The notes under the pieces are model-generated. The model had not been told where the DNA came from. It ran no database searches and worked only from the letters and a program-made list of their open reading frames with translations. Of a DNA stretch of 64,000 nt, positions 32,029 to 41,872 are shown in pieces. Origin of the DNA: Candidatus Poribacteria bacterium (GTDB lineage Bacteria > Poribacteria > WGA-4E > PCPOR2b). The DNA is taken from positions 3,360,001 to 3,424,000 of the forward strand of contig OZ244042.1 in the NCBI GenBank assembly GCA_965215015.1. Reading direction: 5' to 3'. Each line of letters starts with the position of its first letter. Positions within the stretch are counted from its first letter, which is position 1. A program made the translations under genes and the position numbers.

Positions 32029-32323
32029 CTAGGGCGTGTCGACATCTTGCTGTCGCCAATTCGGCAAGGACTGTGAGCATCAGGCGATTTGCCAAAAACT
32101 GAGAAAGTTGTCCCCAATCGTTTCCAGTCAAATCTCAACAGTTTGTAGGTCGAGATTCATATCTCGACACCTTAATGTTGCCTTGAATCCCGATCGCAGC
32201 ATCGGGGTCAATTTTGGAAAATTGACCTACTGAAGTCCGAAATCGCCTTCGGTTACTCTGAATCTTGATCTTGTGGGAGTGTATTAGGAGGGGTTCAATT
32301 TGTCCAATGTCAACAGAACCTAG
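32029..32323. mobile_element. MITE with IS5-like ends and flanking CTAG, containing an internal REP hairpin
   Basis: CTAG-GGCGTGTCGACAT ... ATGTCAACAGAAC-CTAG inverted ends; internal GTAGGTCGAGATTCATATCTCGAC; no transposase ORF. Confidence 0.7.
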
Positions 32324-32464
32324 AAACGTGAATATTCCATTCGTAGAGAAGGTACATCAGGAAACTCAAATCTCACAAGGTTGATATTGGGTTAGGTTCG
32401 GACTGAGCTATCGCATTGTCCGTCGGTGGGGAAAGGGATTTTGTATATGTGCCGCGATGGAGAT

Positions 32465-33238
32465 TTAGGAATGACCTGAATCGGAGATGGGTTCTTCGGA
32501 GGAAACATCATCAGGAGAGGGAGGTGGAATATAAAGAATGAGTCTGCAACTTCCACAGCGGATGAATTGCTCATACTTGCGAGTCTCCTGTAGTGTCTGT
32601 GGTGGAATCGTGAGATGACAATTTCCGCACGCATTTTCAACAACTAGTGAAACCAGTCCTTTGCGATAACGTTTGAACCGGGCTTGATACTGGTCCATCA
32701 ACCCCGGATCAATCTGGTGGGAAAAGTCCTTTTGTTTTCCACCCCATTTTATAATTTCTGCTTTAAGGTCTTTTGCCTCCTGTTCGTATTCGGCCTTCTG
32801 TGCGTTATGTTTTTGCTGCGCGGCATCAAATTCCTTGTGTCCTTGGCTGAGTTCTTCGTTGAGCTGATCTATTCTCAACATTGCTGATAAAATCTCATCT
32901 TCTATATCTGCTTCCTTTGCTTCGATAAAACTAATCTCTTTATCTAGTGCTTGGTATTCTTTGTTGCTCTTCACCTCCCGCAATTGTGCTTGGTATTTGG
33001 TACGCTGCTCACCCTCCATTTCAAGTTCTGCCGTTTTAGACTGCTGCACTTTCTCTGCATCAGCTAGTTGCGTCTGTTTCTCCTGTAGTTTTTGTTGATG
33101 GGTCTGAAGCTGCTCACCCACTTTCTTAATCTTGAGTGGAACTGACTTGAGCTTATTATTTAGCGTCAAGATTTCGGCATCAATCTGTTGAAACTCGTAT
33201 AATAGCCGTAGTTGTTCCTGTAAATCGAGGTTAGGCAT
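32465..33238 (-). CDS. Coiled-coil protein with C4 zinc ribbon (DUF164/CT398-like)
   Basis: LQ.ID.EI, NKEYQAL.KEI, ACGNCH, RCGSCRLILY. Confidence 0.88.
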   Translation of the reverse strand: MPNLDLQEQLRLLYEFQQIDAEILTLNNKLKSVPLKIKKVGEQLQTHQQKLQEKQTQLADAEKVQQSKTAELEMEGEQRTKYQAQLREVKSNKEYQALDKEISFIEAKEADIEDEILSAMLRIDQLNEELSQGHKEFDAAQQKHNAQKAEYEQEAKDLKAEIIKWGGKQKDFSHQIDPGLMDQYQARFKRYRKGLVSLVVENACGNCHLTIPPQTLQETRKYEQFIRCGSCRLILYIPPPSPDDVSSEEPISDSGHS

Positions 33239-34058
33239 AAGTTTCAGGCTCCTGTTCTGCAAGAAAGGCGAAGAAAATCCCTAGCTGATATAATAAGATA
33301 AGTGGAATCGCCAGTAATAACATAGACAGTAGATCCGCCGGTGTCAACAGCGCGGCTGCAACAAAGATAAACATGATGGCATATCGCTGTCGTTCTCGGA
33401 AACCCTGAGCGTTAATGACACCAATGCGGGACAGAAATGCCATAACAATTGGGAGCTCAAACGCAACACCGAAGGCTAGCACCATACCGGTTGCAAAACT
33501 CACATACTTATCAATGCTCCATAGGTTCCCAACGCCTACATCAGCGAAGAGACCCGCGGCAAATTGGACGACAACGGGTAGGACGATAAAGTAGGCAAAA
33601 ATTGCTCCAACAAGGAAGAAGAAAACGATAGTTAGAAAGAGTGGAAGCGCGAACTTCCGCTCCTGCTGTGTTAAAGCAGGAAAAACAAATGCCCACAACT
33701 GATAGAGCACAACGGGCGATGCAAGCAATACCCCAAAGGTAACAGCAATCTTGAGAAAAGCCATAATCGCTTCGCCGGGCCCGGGTTTATTAAGTTGAAC
33801 CGTGCTCACTGCCTCTGCTCTCAAGGCAATCGACAAGAAGGCCGTAAATGAACCGTCGGCCCCTACGCTTCGATCTATCCAATTCGCTAATTGGGCGTTG
33901 AGTGGTATGTCAACAGGTCGCCTTATAATTTTCACCGCTGGGTCCTTGAACCACAGGCTTATAAGTATACATACCGCTATCGCAATTAGGGAGATAATAA
34001 TCCGTCGGCGGAACTCTTCAAGATGACCGAGAAAGGACATTGATGCATCAGAAGCCAT
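33231..34058 (-). CDS. tatC: Twin-arginine translocase TatC
   Basis: MSFLGHLEEFRRR, YQLWAFVFPAL, FGVAFELP, LTPAD. Confidence 0.95.
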   Translation of the reverse strand: MASDASMSFLGHLEEFRRRIIISLIAIAVCILISLWFKDPAVKIIRRPVDIPLNAQLANWIDRSVGADGSFTAFLSIALRAEAVSTVQLNKPGPGEAIMAFLKIAVTFGVLLASPVVLYQLWAFVFPALTQQERKFALPLFLTIVFFFLVGAIFAYFIVLPVVVQFAAGLFADVGVGNLWSIDKYVSFATGMVLAFGVAFELPIVMAFLSRIGVINAQGFRERQRYAIMFIFVAAALLTPADLLSMLLLAIPLILLYQLGIFFAFLAEQEPETYA

Positions 34059-34066
34059 GCTGATAA

Positions 34067-34273
34067 CTAAACCGTCTTATTCGCAGGTTTAGTCGAATCT
34101 CGGTCCTCTTTATCAATTGATTCGACAATGTCGTTCTGAATCTCTTTGCCGGCGTTCCTAAATTCCCGAATCGCCTTTCCAAGTGAACGGCCCATATCTG
34201 GCAAACGCTTCGGGCCGAAAACCAGGAGCGCGATGATAAGGATAACAATCAGTTCTGGTGCTCCCAATCCCAT
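34067..34273 (-). CDS. tatA: Twin-arginine translocase TatA
   Basis: MGLGAPELIVILIIALLVFGPKRLP..GRSLGKAIREFR. Confidence 0.95.
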   Translation of the reverse strand: MGLGAPELIVILIIALLVFGPKRLPDMGRSLGKAIREFRNAGKEIQNDIVESIDKEDRDSTKPANKTV

Positions 34274-34473
34274 TGTAATTCCTCCGAAAGAATGCAGGTT
34301 ATGAGGTGGAAGGTCTATGGCACCTCACTATTTTAAGCCCCTCCGCCCTAGAACAGTAATATTATACTGTATGCTCTTCGGAATTGCAATTGTTTTGTCA
34401 TGAACAATAGAAGTTTCTGATTCGCTTGATTTCGACTGCCACATCCAACGGGAGCAGGCGCAGGGTGCCCTAT

Positions 34474-36561
34474 TCACCATATAAACCGATACATCGGCTT
34501 TTCTATCAACACACCAATCAACGCCCACACGCCGCCGACGAGAAATTCGCCGAGTATCAATCCGAGAAAGAACGGTGCTAGACTGCGAAACGTCTTTAAG
34601 CCGCCAAAGCGTAGGATACACCACTTAATCACCCAACTGATGAACACCGAAAACCAGAAGAAATTGACCGCCCATGTGCCGGAGATGCCGTATCCGACGG
34701 GATATAAGGGCCACCAAATAAAACGGGTGCGTACGGCGGTAAGTAAGAAGGTGAAGGCGACTCCGAAGCCCATTGCCAAGATTGACAGAACATCGACAGA
34801 TGCCGGATTGGTAAGCCAACTTTGGGTGCGTCGAAAGATGGACCCATACCAAACCTCCCATGCGCCGGATTTGTAACCGATGTGCAGCGAAAACCAGAAC
34901 GAAGCCAATGGGCTAAGAACGACTGTAAGCAGTATGGCGTATCCGACTCGACGTGACGACACCCCCGCACGCTCTGCGAGTTTCAGTGCTTCTAGCTGGT
35001 GCGGCATGGCATTGCCCCGATAGGCGCGATTAAAGCAATACACAAGCGAGAACAGGGTGAGACTTCTTGCCCCTAGGCGTCGCATACCGAACATCTTTGG
35101 GAGTAGCACATCGGGGCCCATCGCACGTAGGTCGTGGATGGGTGGTCCTAATTCCGCACGGATGCGAGTGATAACGGTTACCGTTGTGAAGTGGATGACG
35201 AAAACGAGAACGGCAACCCAGAGGGGTAGACCTGCTACCGCCCAAAAACCGACCAATAGCATGAAGCCGATGATCAGTCCGAGTACAGCCGTGCGATAGG
35301 AGATTGGTTCGTTAGCTTCTATGTATCGGCTTGACGGGTCCCCCTGTTCCGATTCCGTACTCTGGGAACTAGGAGGCCTATGAGGAGAACCTCCCCGCCA
35401 TGCGGTCACGAGTACGGTTCGCAAATGACGGCGCGCTCCCCACAGTGTAAGAATCAGTACGCCAACACAAACGCCGAATGACTGATCAAAGATAAAGGGA
35501 AAACCGGGTATCTGCTGAAACCCGAAGATGCTCCCCATAATCATTTCAAATTTCCAGAATACGTAGAAGAACCAGAAGGTGAAGGAGAGATCGAGGGGTA
35601 TAAAATATCCCATTCCAATGGCGAAAGGGAAAACAACGACCGGCGTCCAACCGATAGCATTCCACGGTTTGGTGGTAAAAAATGGGCGCAGGTCAAAGAA
35701 TTCGCCACCGAGTCCGGGAATAATAGGAAATAAAAAGTGCAGTCCATTGATAAGATCCATGCCGCCGGCGAGAATAAGCCCCGCCCACATTAATCGATTC
35801 CGAAAAAAGTCCGTTGTGGTTATTTGCTGCGGGAGCTCGATAATTGGATAGCTCAGTCGCTCTGCTTCAATCCACTGTTTTCGCAGGATGGCGTTGATGC
35901 AGAAAGCGGTGAAGAGGAGAACGATGATAAACCCAGACCACGCCAGGACGGGTTGCCACCATAGCTGAAGATTTTCAGGGAGGTAAAGGCTGGATTCCCC
36001 AACGAAATAGGGCGTAATGCTTTTTTTATCGGTCAATGCTAACCAATCGGGGAGGTAGTGGTGAAACAGTGTGGCCCATTCGTTTTCCTCATTTGACATC
36101 CAGCCAACGACCGCGATATTGGTGACAACAACTTGGAACAGGTCATGCCCGCCGATTGCGGAGGCGACGGAGAGCATTGCATAGAGCGTCAATAATTCGC
36201 CTTGTGTCAATGCTAAGTGTGGCGAAAACCGAGTCAGCCAAAAGTTCACTACCACCACAAACACGAAAATGAAAATCACATTGAAAAAGAGCGACATGGT
36301 CGTTGGGAGACCTTGTTCCCACCGCAACATCGCAAATAGCCAGTAGTTGTTGATAAGGATGAGTCCTAGACCGAGCCAGATTGTACTCCAACGAATCTGT
36401 GGTTGTTGGGATTGGGGTGTCGAATATTTGGCTTGGGGGTTCAATGCGATTTCTCTTGGACTTATATTAGTTCTCGTGGGTGGGTTTCTCTCGGAGACAG
36501 AAACCTCTTGAGAATACGTTCCTTGTGGATTATAATATCCGATGTAATCAGTGAGTAACAC
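34474..36561 (-). CDS. DUF6785/OPT-like polytopic membrane protein (putative transporter)
   Basis: ELLTLYAML, ILRKQWIEAERLSYPI, TRIRAELG, WWPLYPVGY, PFFLGLILGE. Start codon uncertain. Confidence 0.8.
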   Translation of the reverse strand: MLLTDYIGYYNPQGTYSQEVSVSERNPPTRTNISPREIALNPQAKYSTPQSQQPQIRWSTIWLGLGLILINNYWLFAMLRWEQGLPTTMSLFFNVIFIFVFVVVVNFWLTRFSPHLALTQGELLTLYAMLSVASAIGGHDLFQVVVTNIAVVGWMSNEENEWATLFHHYLPDWLALTDKKSITPYFVGESSLYLPENLQLWWQPVLAWSGFIIVLLFTAFCINAILRKQWIEAERLSYPIIELPQQITTTDFFRNRLMWAGLILAGGMDLINGLHFLFPIIPGLGGEFFDLRPFFTTKPWNAIGWTPVVVFPFAIGMGYFIPLDLSFTFWFFYVFWKFEMIMGSIFGFQQIPGFPFIFDQSFGVCVGVLILTLWGARRHLRTVLVTAWRGGSPHRPPSSQSTESEQGDPSSRYIEANEPISYRTAVLGLIIGFMLLVGFWAVAGLPLWVAVLVFVIHFTTVTVITRIRAELGPPIHDLRAMGPDVLLPKMFGMRRLGARSLTLFSLVYCFNRAYRGNAMPHQLEALKLAERAGVSSRRVGYAILLTVVLSPLASFWFSLHIGYKSGAWEVWYGSIFRRTQSWLTNPASVDVLSILAMGFGVAFTFLLTAVRTRFIWWPLYPVGYGISGTWAVNFFWFSVFISWVIKWCILRFGGLKTFRSLAPFFLGLILGEFLVGGVWALIGVLIEKPMYRFIW

Positions 36562-36583
36562 TGCGCCAAGTCTTCTAGGCTAT

Positions 36584-36611
36584 ATTATAGCTGTTTCCCT
36601 CGCATTGTCAA
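36584..36611 (-). promoter_or_regulatory. sigma70 promoter
   Basis: TTGACA-16 nt-TATAAT on the minus strand. Confidence 0.65.
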
Positions 36612-36628
36612 CATTTTACACCAGGTCT

Positions 36629-37628
36629 GTTACCCCCCTTCGTCCCCCCGCAAGCGGGGGGATGGCAAGCGGAGGGATGGCATACGGGGTATGCCGACTC
36701 CCTTAAAAACGCTGGTTGAATTGCGCGCCTACAAACAAGTGCGTAACTCCTAAGAAACTAAAGTCAATTATTTCGTTTCACTCATTACGCTCCACGCAGG
36801 AGGTATCGTCATTGAAACCGAAAATTTTTATTACCCGTCCGATCCCAGAAAAAGCCTTGATTCAGCCGACAGTCGTAGGCACGCGGCGCGTGCCGTTACC
36901 CCCCTTCGTCCCCCCGCAAGCGGGGGGATGGCAAGCGGAGGGATGGCATACGGGGTATGCCGACTCCCTTAAAAACGCTGGTTGAATTGCGCGCCTACAA
37001 ACAAGTGCGTAACTCCTAAGAAACTAAAGTCAATTATTTCGTTTCACTCGTTACGTTTCACGCAGGAGGTATCGTCATTGAAACCGAAAATTTTTATTAC
37101 CCGTCCAATCGCAGAAAAAGTCTTGATTCAGCCGACAGTCGTAGGCACGCGGCGCGTGCCGTTACCCCCCTTCGTCCCCCCGCAAGCGGAGGGATGGCAT
37201 ACGGGGTATGCCGACTCCCTTAAAGACGCGGGTTGAATTGCGCTACTACAAGCTCAAGTGCGTAACTCCTAAGAAACTAAAGTCAATTATTTCGTTTCAC
37301 TCGTTACGTTTTACGCAGGAGGTATCGTCATTGAAACCGAAAATTTTTATTACCCGTCCAATCGCAGAAAAAGTCTTGATTCAGCCGACAGTCGTAGGCA
37401 CGCGGCGCGTGCCGTTACCCCCCTTCGTCCCCCCGCAAGCGGAGGGATGGCATACGGGGTATGCCGACTCCCTTAAAGACGCGGGTTGAATTGCGCGCCT
37501 ACAAACAAGTGCGTAACTCCTAAGAAACTAAAGTCAATTATTTCGTTTCACTCATTACGCTCCACGCAGGAGGTATCGTCATTGAAACCGAAAATTTTTA
37601 TTACCCGTCCGATCCCAGAAAAAGCCTT
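36629..37628 (+). repeat. Tandem array of about 253-266 bp (3 full units plus 1 partial) containing REP hairpins and the RBS and first 16 codons of the downstream gene
   Basis: Units start at 36629, 36895, 37161 and 37414; GCAGGAGG..TTGAAACCGAAA occurs four times. Confidence 0.95.
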
Positions 37629-38538
37629 AGCAATGATCGAGGCAGAATGTGAAGTTGATATATGGCCTACGAGTGAGATTCTGCCCCCGACTGCGGAGCG
37701 GCTGCCGGGTCTTGATGGTCTAGTTACTTATAGTCATGAACCCGTAACAGCCGAGATGATCGCTAGCGCGCCAAATCTAAAGGTAATTTCTAACGTCGGT
37801 GTCGGATATAATCACATTGACGCAGAGGCAGCGAAGGCACAGGGCGTTGCGGTTGGCAACACGCCCGGCGTGCTGAGCGAAACCACCGCCGATACGACTT
37901 TCGCGCAACTCCTCGCGGCGGCGCGACACCTTGTCCCCGCCAGTATCTATGTTCAGGAAAAGTGCTGGACATGCTACGATCCGAATATCTTCCACGGCTA
38001 CGACGTGCATCACGCAACGCTCGGCATCATCGGCATGGGCAGAATTGGTTATGAAGTCGCCAAAAGAGCGTTGGGATTCGATATGCGGGTTCTGTATTAC
38101 AAACGGAATCGCCGCGAGGACTGGGAAGCGGAGTTGGGCATTGAATATGCTAGCTTTGATCGTTTGCTCGGAGCATCTGACTTTATAACCCTGCATGTCC
38201 CGATGACGCCGGAGACCCATCACCTGATTGGTAAGGAAGAGTTTCAAAAGATGAAGCCTACGGCAATCCTTGTGAATATTGCGCGGGGACCGGTGGTGGA
38301 TTCGGCGGCACTGTACGAGGCGTTAAAAACGGGGGAAATCGCACGCGCTGCACTCGATGTGACAGATCCAGAACCCATCCCGACGGACGACCCACTGCTG
38401 ACGCTCGACAATGCTTTGATCTTTCCACATCTTGGTAGTTCGACCTTACAGACCCGCACGCGGATGGCGACGATGGCCGCTGAGAACTTGCTGGCTGGGT
38501 TAAAAGGAGAACCGCTGCCCTATTCTGTGTTCGGCTAA
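37582..38538 (+). CDS. D-glycerate dehydrogenase/glyoxylate reductase
   Basis: TTG start after AGGAGG; GVGYNHID, NTPGVL, GIIGMGRIG, VNIARG, LDVTDPEP, PHLGS. Confidence 0.92.
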   Translation: MKPKIFITRPIPEKALAMIEAECEVDIWPTSEILPPTAERLPGLDGLVTYSHEPVTAEMIASAPNLKVISNVGVGYNHIDAEAAKAQGVAVGNTPGVLSETTADTTFAQLLAAARHLVPASIYVQEKCWTCYDPNIFHGYDVHHATLGIIGMGRIGYEVAKRALGFDMRVLYYKRNRREDWEAELGIEYASFDRLLGASDFITLHVPMTPETHHLIGKEEFQKMKPTAILVNIARGPVVDSAALYEALKTGEIARAALDVTDPEPIPTDDPLLTLDNALIFPHLGSSTLQTRTRMATMAAENLLAGLKGEPLPYSVFG

Positions 38539-38791
38539 TTTTGCACTGTCACGTCAGGCGAAAAATGTGCTGCGCTACCCAAGATCCCGATGATGCTAAG
38601 ACACGTGCGAAAGCAAGATTAGCACTTCTGAAAGCGCGATCCGAATATAAAAAATAAGGGAAGTTATTCGCCTCCTAAGGGAAGACGAGACGGAGACAAC
38701 AGATTCGTGAATCTTGGTTTCGGGATATGACTGCCGGTTATGGTTACAAATGTTGAGCCTCGCGCTAACGATCCACCTTTTGGAGGTTACG

Positions 38792-39790
38792 ATGGTTGCA
38801 AAGCATATGCCCGAACACCATCGGGCATTAGATCGATCGCTGTTAAAGATTCTCCCATTAGCTGAACGGGAACATAAAATGACGGTTGCGGACCTCTACC
38901 CTTTGGATGCGGAGACGCCGCCGTATGAAAACGATGATTTGCGGATAGTGGTGGATCGGATGATTCAAGCCCATTGGGGCGGGAAACAGGTAATATGGAT
39001 GATGGGTGCACACGTCATGCGGCGGGGCAATTCGCGGTACATCATCGATCTGATGGAACGTGGTGTCCTCACACACATAGCAACAAACGGTGCCGGTGCC
39101 ATCCATGATTTTGAACTCGCCCTGATTGGCGCGACGCTGGAGGATGTGGAGCGGTATATCTGGGACGGAAAGTTTGGTAACTGGGAGGAGACTGGACGTT
39201 ATATCAACGACGCAATCACTCGCGGCTATCGCGACGAAATCGGTTTCGGCGAGGCGATTGGTCGGTTCATTCAAAATGAGGAGTGCGGTGTCAAGTTTCC
39301 ACACCAGGAGATCAGTATGTTTGCGGCGGCATATCGTTTGGGGGTTCCAATGACTGTGCATAAGGGGATTGGTTACGACATCATTGACCAACACCCCGCT
39401 GCCGATTACGCTGCAATGGGCTACACAACTGGTGAGGACTTTCTGCGCTTGGCTCACAGCGTCTCGAAATTAGAAGGAGGCGTGTTTCTGAACTTAGGTT
39501 CTGCGGTGATGGGACCAGAGGTTTACCTCAAGAGTCTGTCGATGGCGCGAAACATCGCCGCGCAGCGTGGAAAGGAGATCCGGCATTTCACCACAGCTAA
39601 TTTTGACTTGATCGAATTCTCCGATTTCCGGGAGGAGGGCAGGCCGACAGATGCCCACTACTACCACCGTCCCAAGAAGACAATCTTGGTCCGCACTGTG
39701 AAAGATGGCGGTGAGAGTTACCATATTTCTGGGGATTTTAATCGTACCGTTCCGAAGCTATATTCCCACATCACGAAGGCTTTGGGCTAG
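38792..39790 (+). CDS. Conserved hypothetical protein, deoxyhypusine-synthase-like fold (GSU2086-like)
   Basis: MGAHV, ATNGAGAIHDFE, TVH.GIGYDI, NLGSAVMGPEVYLK. Confidence 0.7.
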   Translation: MVAKHMPEHHRALDRSLLKILPLAEREHKMTVADLYPLDAETPPYENDDLRIVVDRMIQAHWGGKQVIWMMGAHVMRRGNSRYIIDLMERGVLTHIATNGAGAIHDFELALIGATLEDVERYIWDGKFGNWEETGRYINDAITRGYRDEIGFGEAIGRFIQNEECGVKFPHQEISMFAAAYRLGVPMTVHKGIGYDIIDQHPAADYAAMGYTTGEDFLRLAHSVSKLEGGVFLNLGSAVMGPEVYLKSLSMARNIAAQRGKEIRHFTTANFDLIEFSDFREEGRPTDAHYYHRPKKTILVRTVKDGGESYHISGDFNRTVPKLYSHITKALG

Positions 39791-39854
39791 CACGCTTAGC
39801 CTGTGTGGTTGATAACACTTCATTGCTAATCAAAGATAACTGAATCCTGCGCTT

Positions 39855-41621
39855 TTGAAAGTGCCGAGTAAAAATGGCATGACACATCTAAGTTTCCGTT
39901 TCCCGATAATCAGCACATCTCTCGTTTCATGCCTAAGGCGATTGGGTTATATATCTATCGCGCTGATCTGTATCGGCTGCACTGGAAGCAGCAGTAGGGA
40001 TCAGCATACGGTTTCGATTGCCGATCTGCGGTCACAGCTCCAGCCATTGAAGCGGGTGGGTGTCTATGCAGGTTTCGATCTAAAAGCCCATGTGCTTTAC
40101 ATGGGGAATGACTCCATAGAACGGTGGATGCGTTTAGATCAAGGAGGGGACAAAATTCGGACCATCCGCTACGCCCGCAAGCCTTCAGGACAGAGCTATA
40201 TTGATCGGGCGAGCGAGGAATTTCGATTTCGGATTGGGGAGATTGTCTTTTCTGGGAATAGCGACCTGCTGACTTACAAGGATTATCAGATTGTCCAAAA
40301 AATTGGCGGGAGCAAACGGGTTACGATTCAATTCACGTATGCTTCAGGCGAGGCAACGGAACCGATTTTTTATCTGTGGATTCACTACGAGATTTATCCG
40401 GATCTGCCGTTGATTCGCAAGTGGTTGACGATTCAGAATCTGACGGATTCAGCGTTTTTTGTAGAAGATGTGACAATTGAGTCTTTGCCTCTGTTCGCTG
40501 GGACAGCGGACAGCGTTCAAATCTGGCGGTGCGGAATTTCGGGGGTCCTAGAGGAGCCATTGCCAATACCTTGGGAAGGGGGCACATCGGAGGCGTTTAT
40601 TCTAGTGGGTGATACCGGTATTGATGGCGGCGTGGTGTTGGGGAATGAGAGCGCAGGTCTCCTCAAACACTACGCGGTCTACTCAGATCGAGAGACGGTG
40701 TCGATTGGTTTGAGGCCGACAACAGCTATCAATGGGACTGAAATCCGGGTGCCACCGGGGCAGTCGGTGAACAGTCCCAAGGTCTGGACGATGCTTGTTG
40801 AAGGTGGTCTCCAAGCTACAATTGAACAGATCATTCAGAACCCCTTGGTGTATGTTCCACCATATTCTAAAGGTGTGGAATTACAAACCCTTGAAACTCG
40901 ATGGATAACGCTGGAAGCTGAGTGGGAAGAGTCAATAGGATTAATATATCCTGGAGATTGGATTGCCCTCGATTATGATTGGAACATCGAATACCTACAA
41001 ACAGTAAAGCGGATAAGCCAACGGGTGCATGAAGGTGGGGGCAAATTCGGGATTCGTCTCCCAATTGCTGAGATTCACACAGCGGTTTTAGACCGTCCGG
41101 GCTGGCAATTGGTGCCGATTTTCCAGGGGCGTGTAGTGCCGGAAGGTAACGATACGGAGGAAGAAGGGCAACAAGGGGGAGCGGAAGCGCAGCAGTCCAT
41201 CGCTCACGAGGTAGACCCAAGAACCCCCCTCGGTCCTCCCGCAAGCAGGGGGAAGGAAGTGCAACAGTCTACCACTCACGAGGCAGACCCGGTGATTTAT
41301 TGTGTTTTGAGTGATTACGGTTACTACCTTACACAGGCAGTAAAAACGTTGCTTGAAGAGACAGAAGCGGATCTGCTCATCTTGGATCGCCCGATTTTGG
41401 GTTCACAGAGCAACCTTTTAAAAGGCTGCGATGCACTGGGGCATCAGCATTATACACGCGCTGAGTCGATTAGGATAATTTATCGATGGCTTTTTGAGTT
41501 TGCCGACCATCTGCATCGGGAATACCCGGCGTTGCAATTGGGGATTACAGCGAGTGCCTATGGGGTCAAGCAGCCGGATGCTGCCTGCCTCGCGCATTTT
41601 GACCTGTTCTTCGATCCGTGA
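39855..41621 (+). CDS. Putative lipoprotein with a degenerate alpha-galactosidase (GH36)-like fold
   Basis: Lipobox-like LICIGC; YEIYPDLPLIRKWLTIQN; TIM-barrel-like C-terminus. Function is inferred. Confidence 0.55.
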   Translation: MKVPSKNGMTHLSFRFPIISTSLVSCLRRLGYISIALICIGCTGSSSRDQHTVSIADLRSQLQPLKRVGVYAGFDLKAHVLYMGNDSIERWMRLDQGGDKIRTIRYARKPSGQSYIDRASEEFRFRIGEIVFSGNSDLLTYKDYQIVQKIGGSKRVTIQFTYASGEATEPIFYLWIHYEIYPDLPLIRKWLTIQNLTDSAFFVEDVTIESLPLFAGTADSVQIWRCGISGVLEEPLPIPWEGGTSEAFILVGDTGIDGGVVLGNESAGLLKHYAVYSDRETVSIGLRPTTAINGTEIRVPPGQSVNSPKVWTMLVEGGLQATIEQIIQNPLVYVPPYSKGVELQTLETRWITLEAEWEESIGLIYPGDWIALDYDWNIEYLQTVKRISQRVHEGGGKFGIRLPIAEIHTAVLDRPGWQLVPIFQGRVVPEGNDTEEEGQQGGAEAQQSIAHEVDPRTPLGPPASRGKEVQQSTTHEADPVIYCVLSDYGYYLTQAVKTLLEETEADLLILDRPILGSQSNLLKGCDALGHQHYTRAESIRIIYRWLFEFADHLHREYPALQLGITASAYGVKQPDAACLAHFDLFFDP

Positions 41622-41872
41622 TTCGTCTCATGCGTCACATTTTTGTCGGAGGATGCGAATATCGTCTACATATTTGCCATTTGTTCATGTTAAAAAATCG
41701 TGCGGCAGCCCCCAAGTTTTTTTCGGCAAGCGCGGGCGGGGAAACCCTGCCCCTACAGTCCTCTTCGTATTTTGCACTCTCTTTTGACCTGAGTCTTGCT
41801 ATTTTTGCGTTGGTCAACGAATTCAATCGCTCTATCTTGGAAAAAATGATTGATAGCCATGCGGAGGGTTCC

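Noticed and set aside
35330-35400. Repeat-derived insertion in the DUF6785 gene (GGSPHRPPSSQSTESEQGDP)
   Set aside because: The hydrophilic loop looks inserted, but similarity to the window's elements is too weak to support the call.
37486-37581. N-terminal extension of the dehydrogenase and the repeated MNCAPTNK ORFs
   Set aside because: Derived from repeat sequence; the RBS points to TTG 37582.
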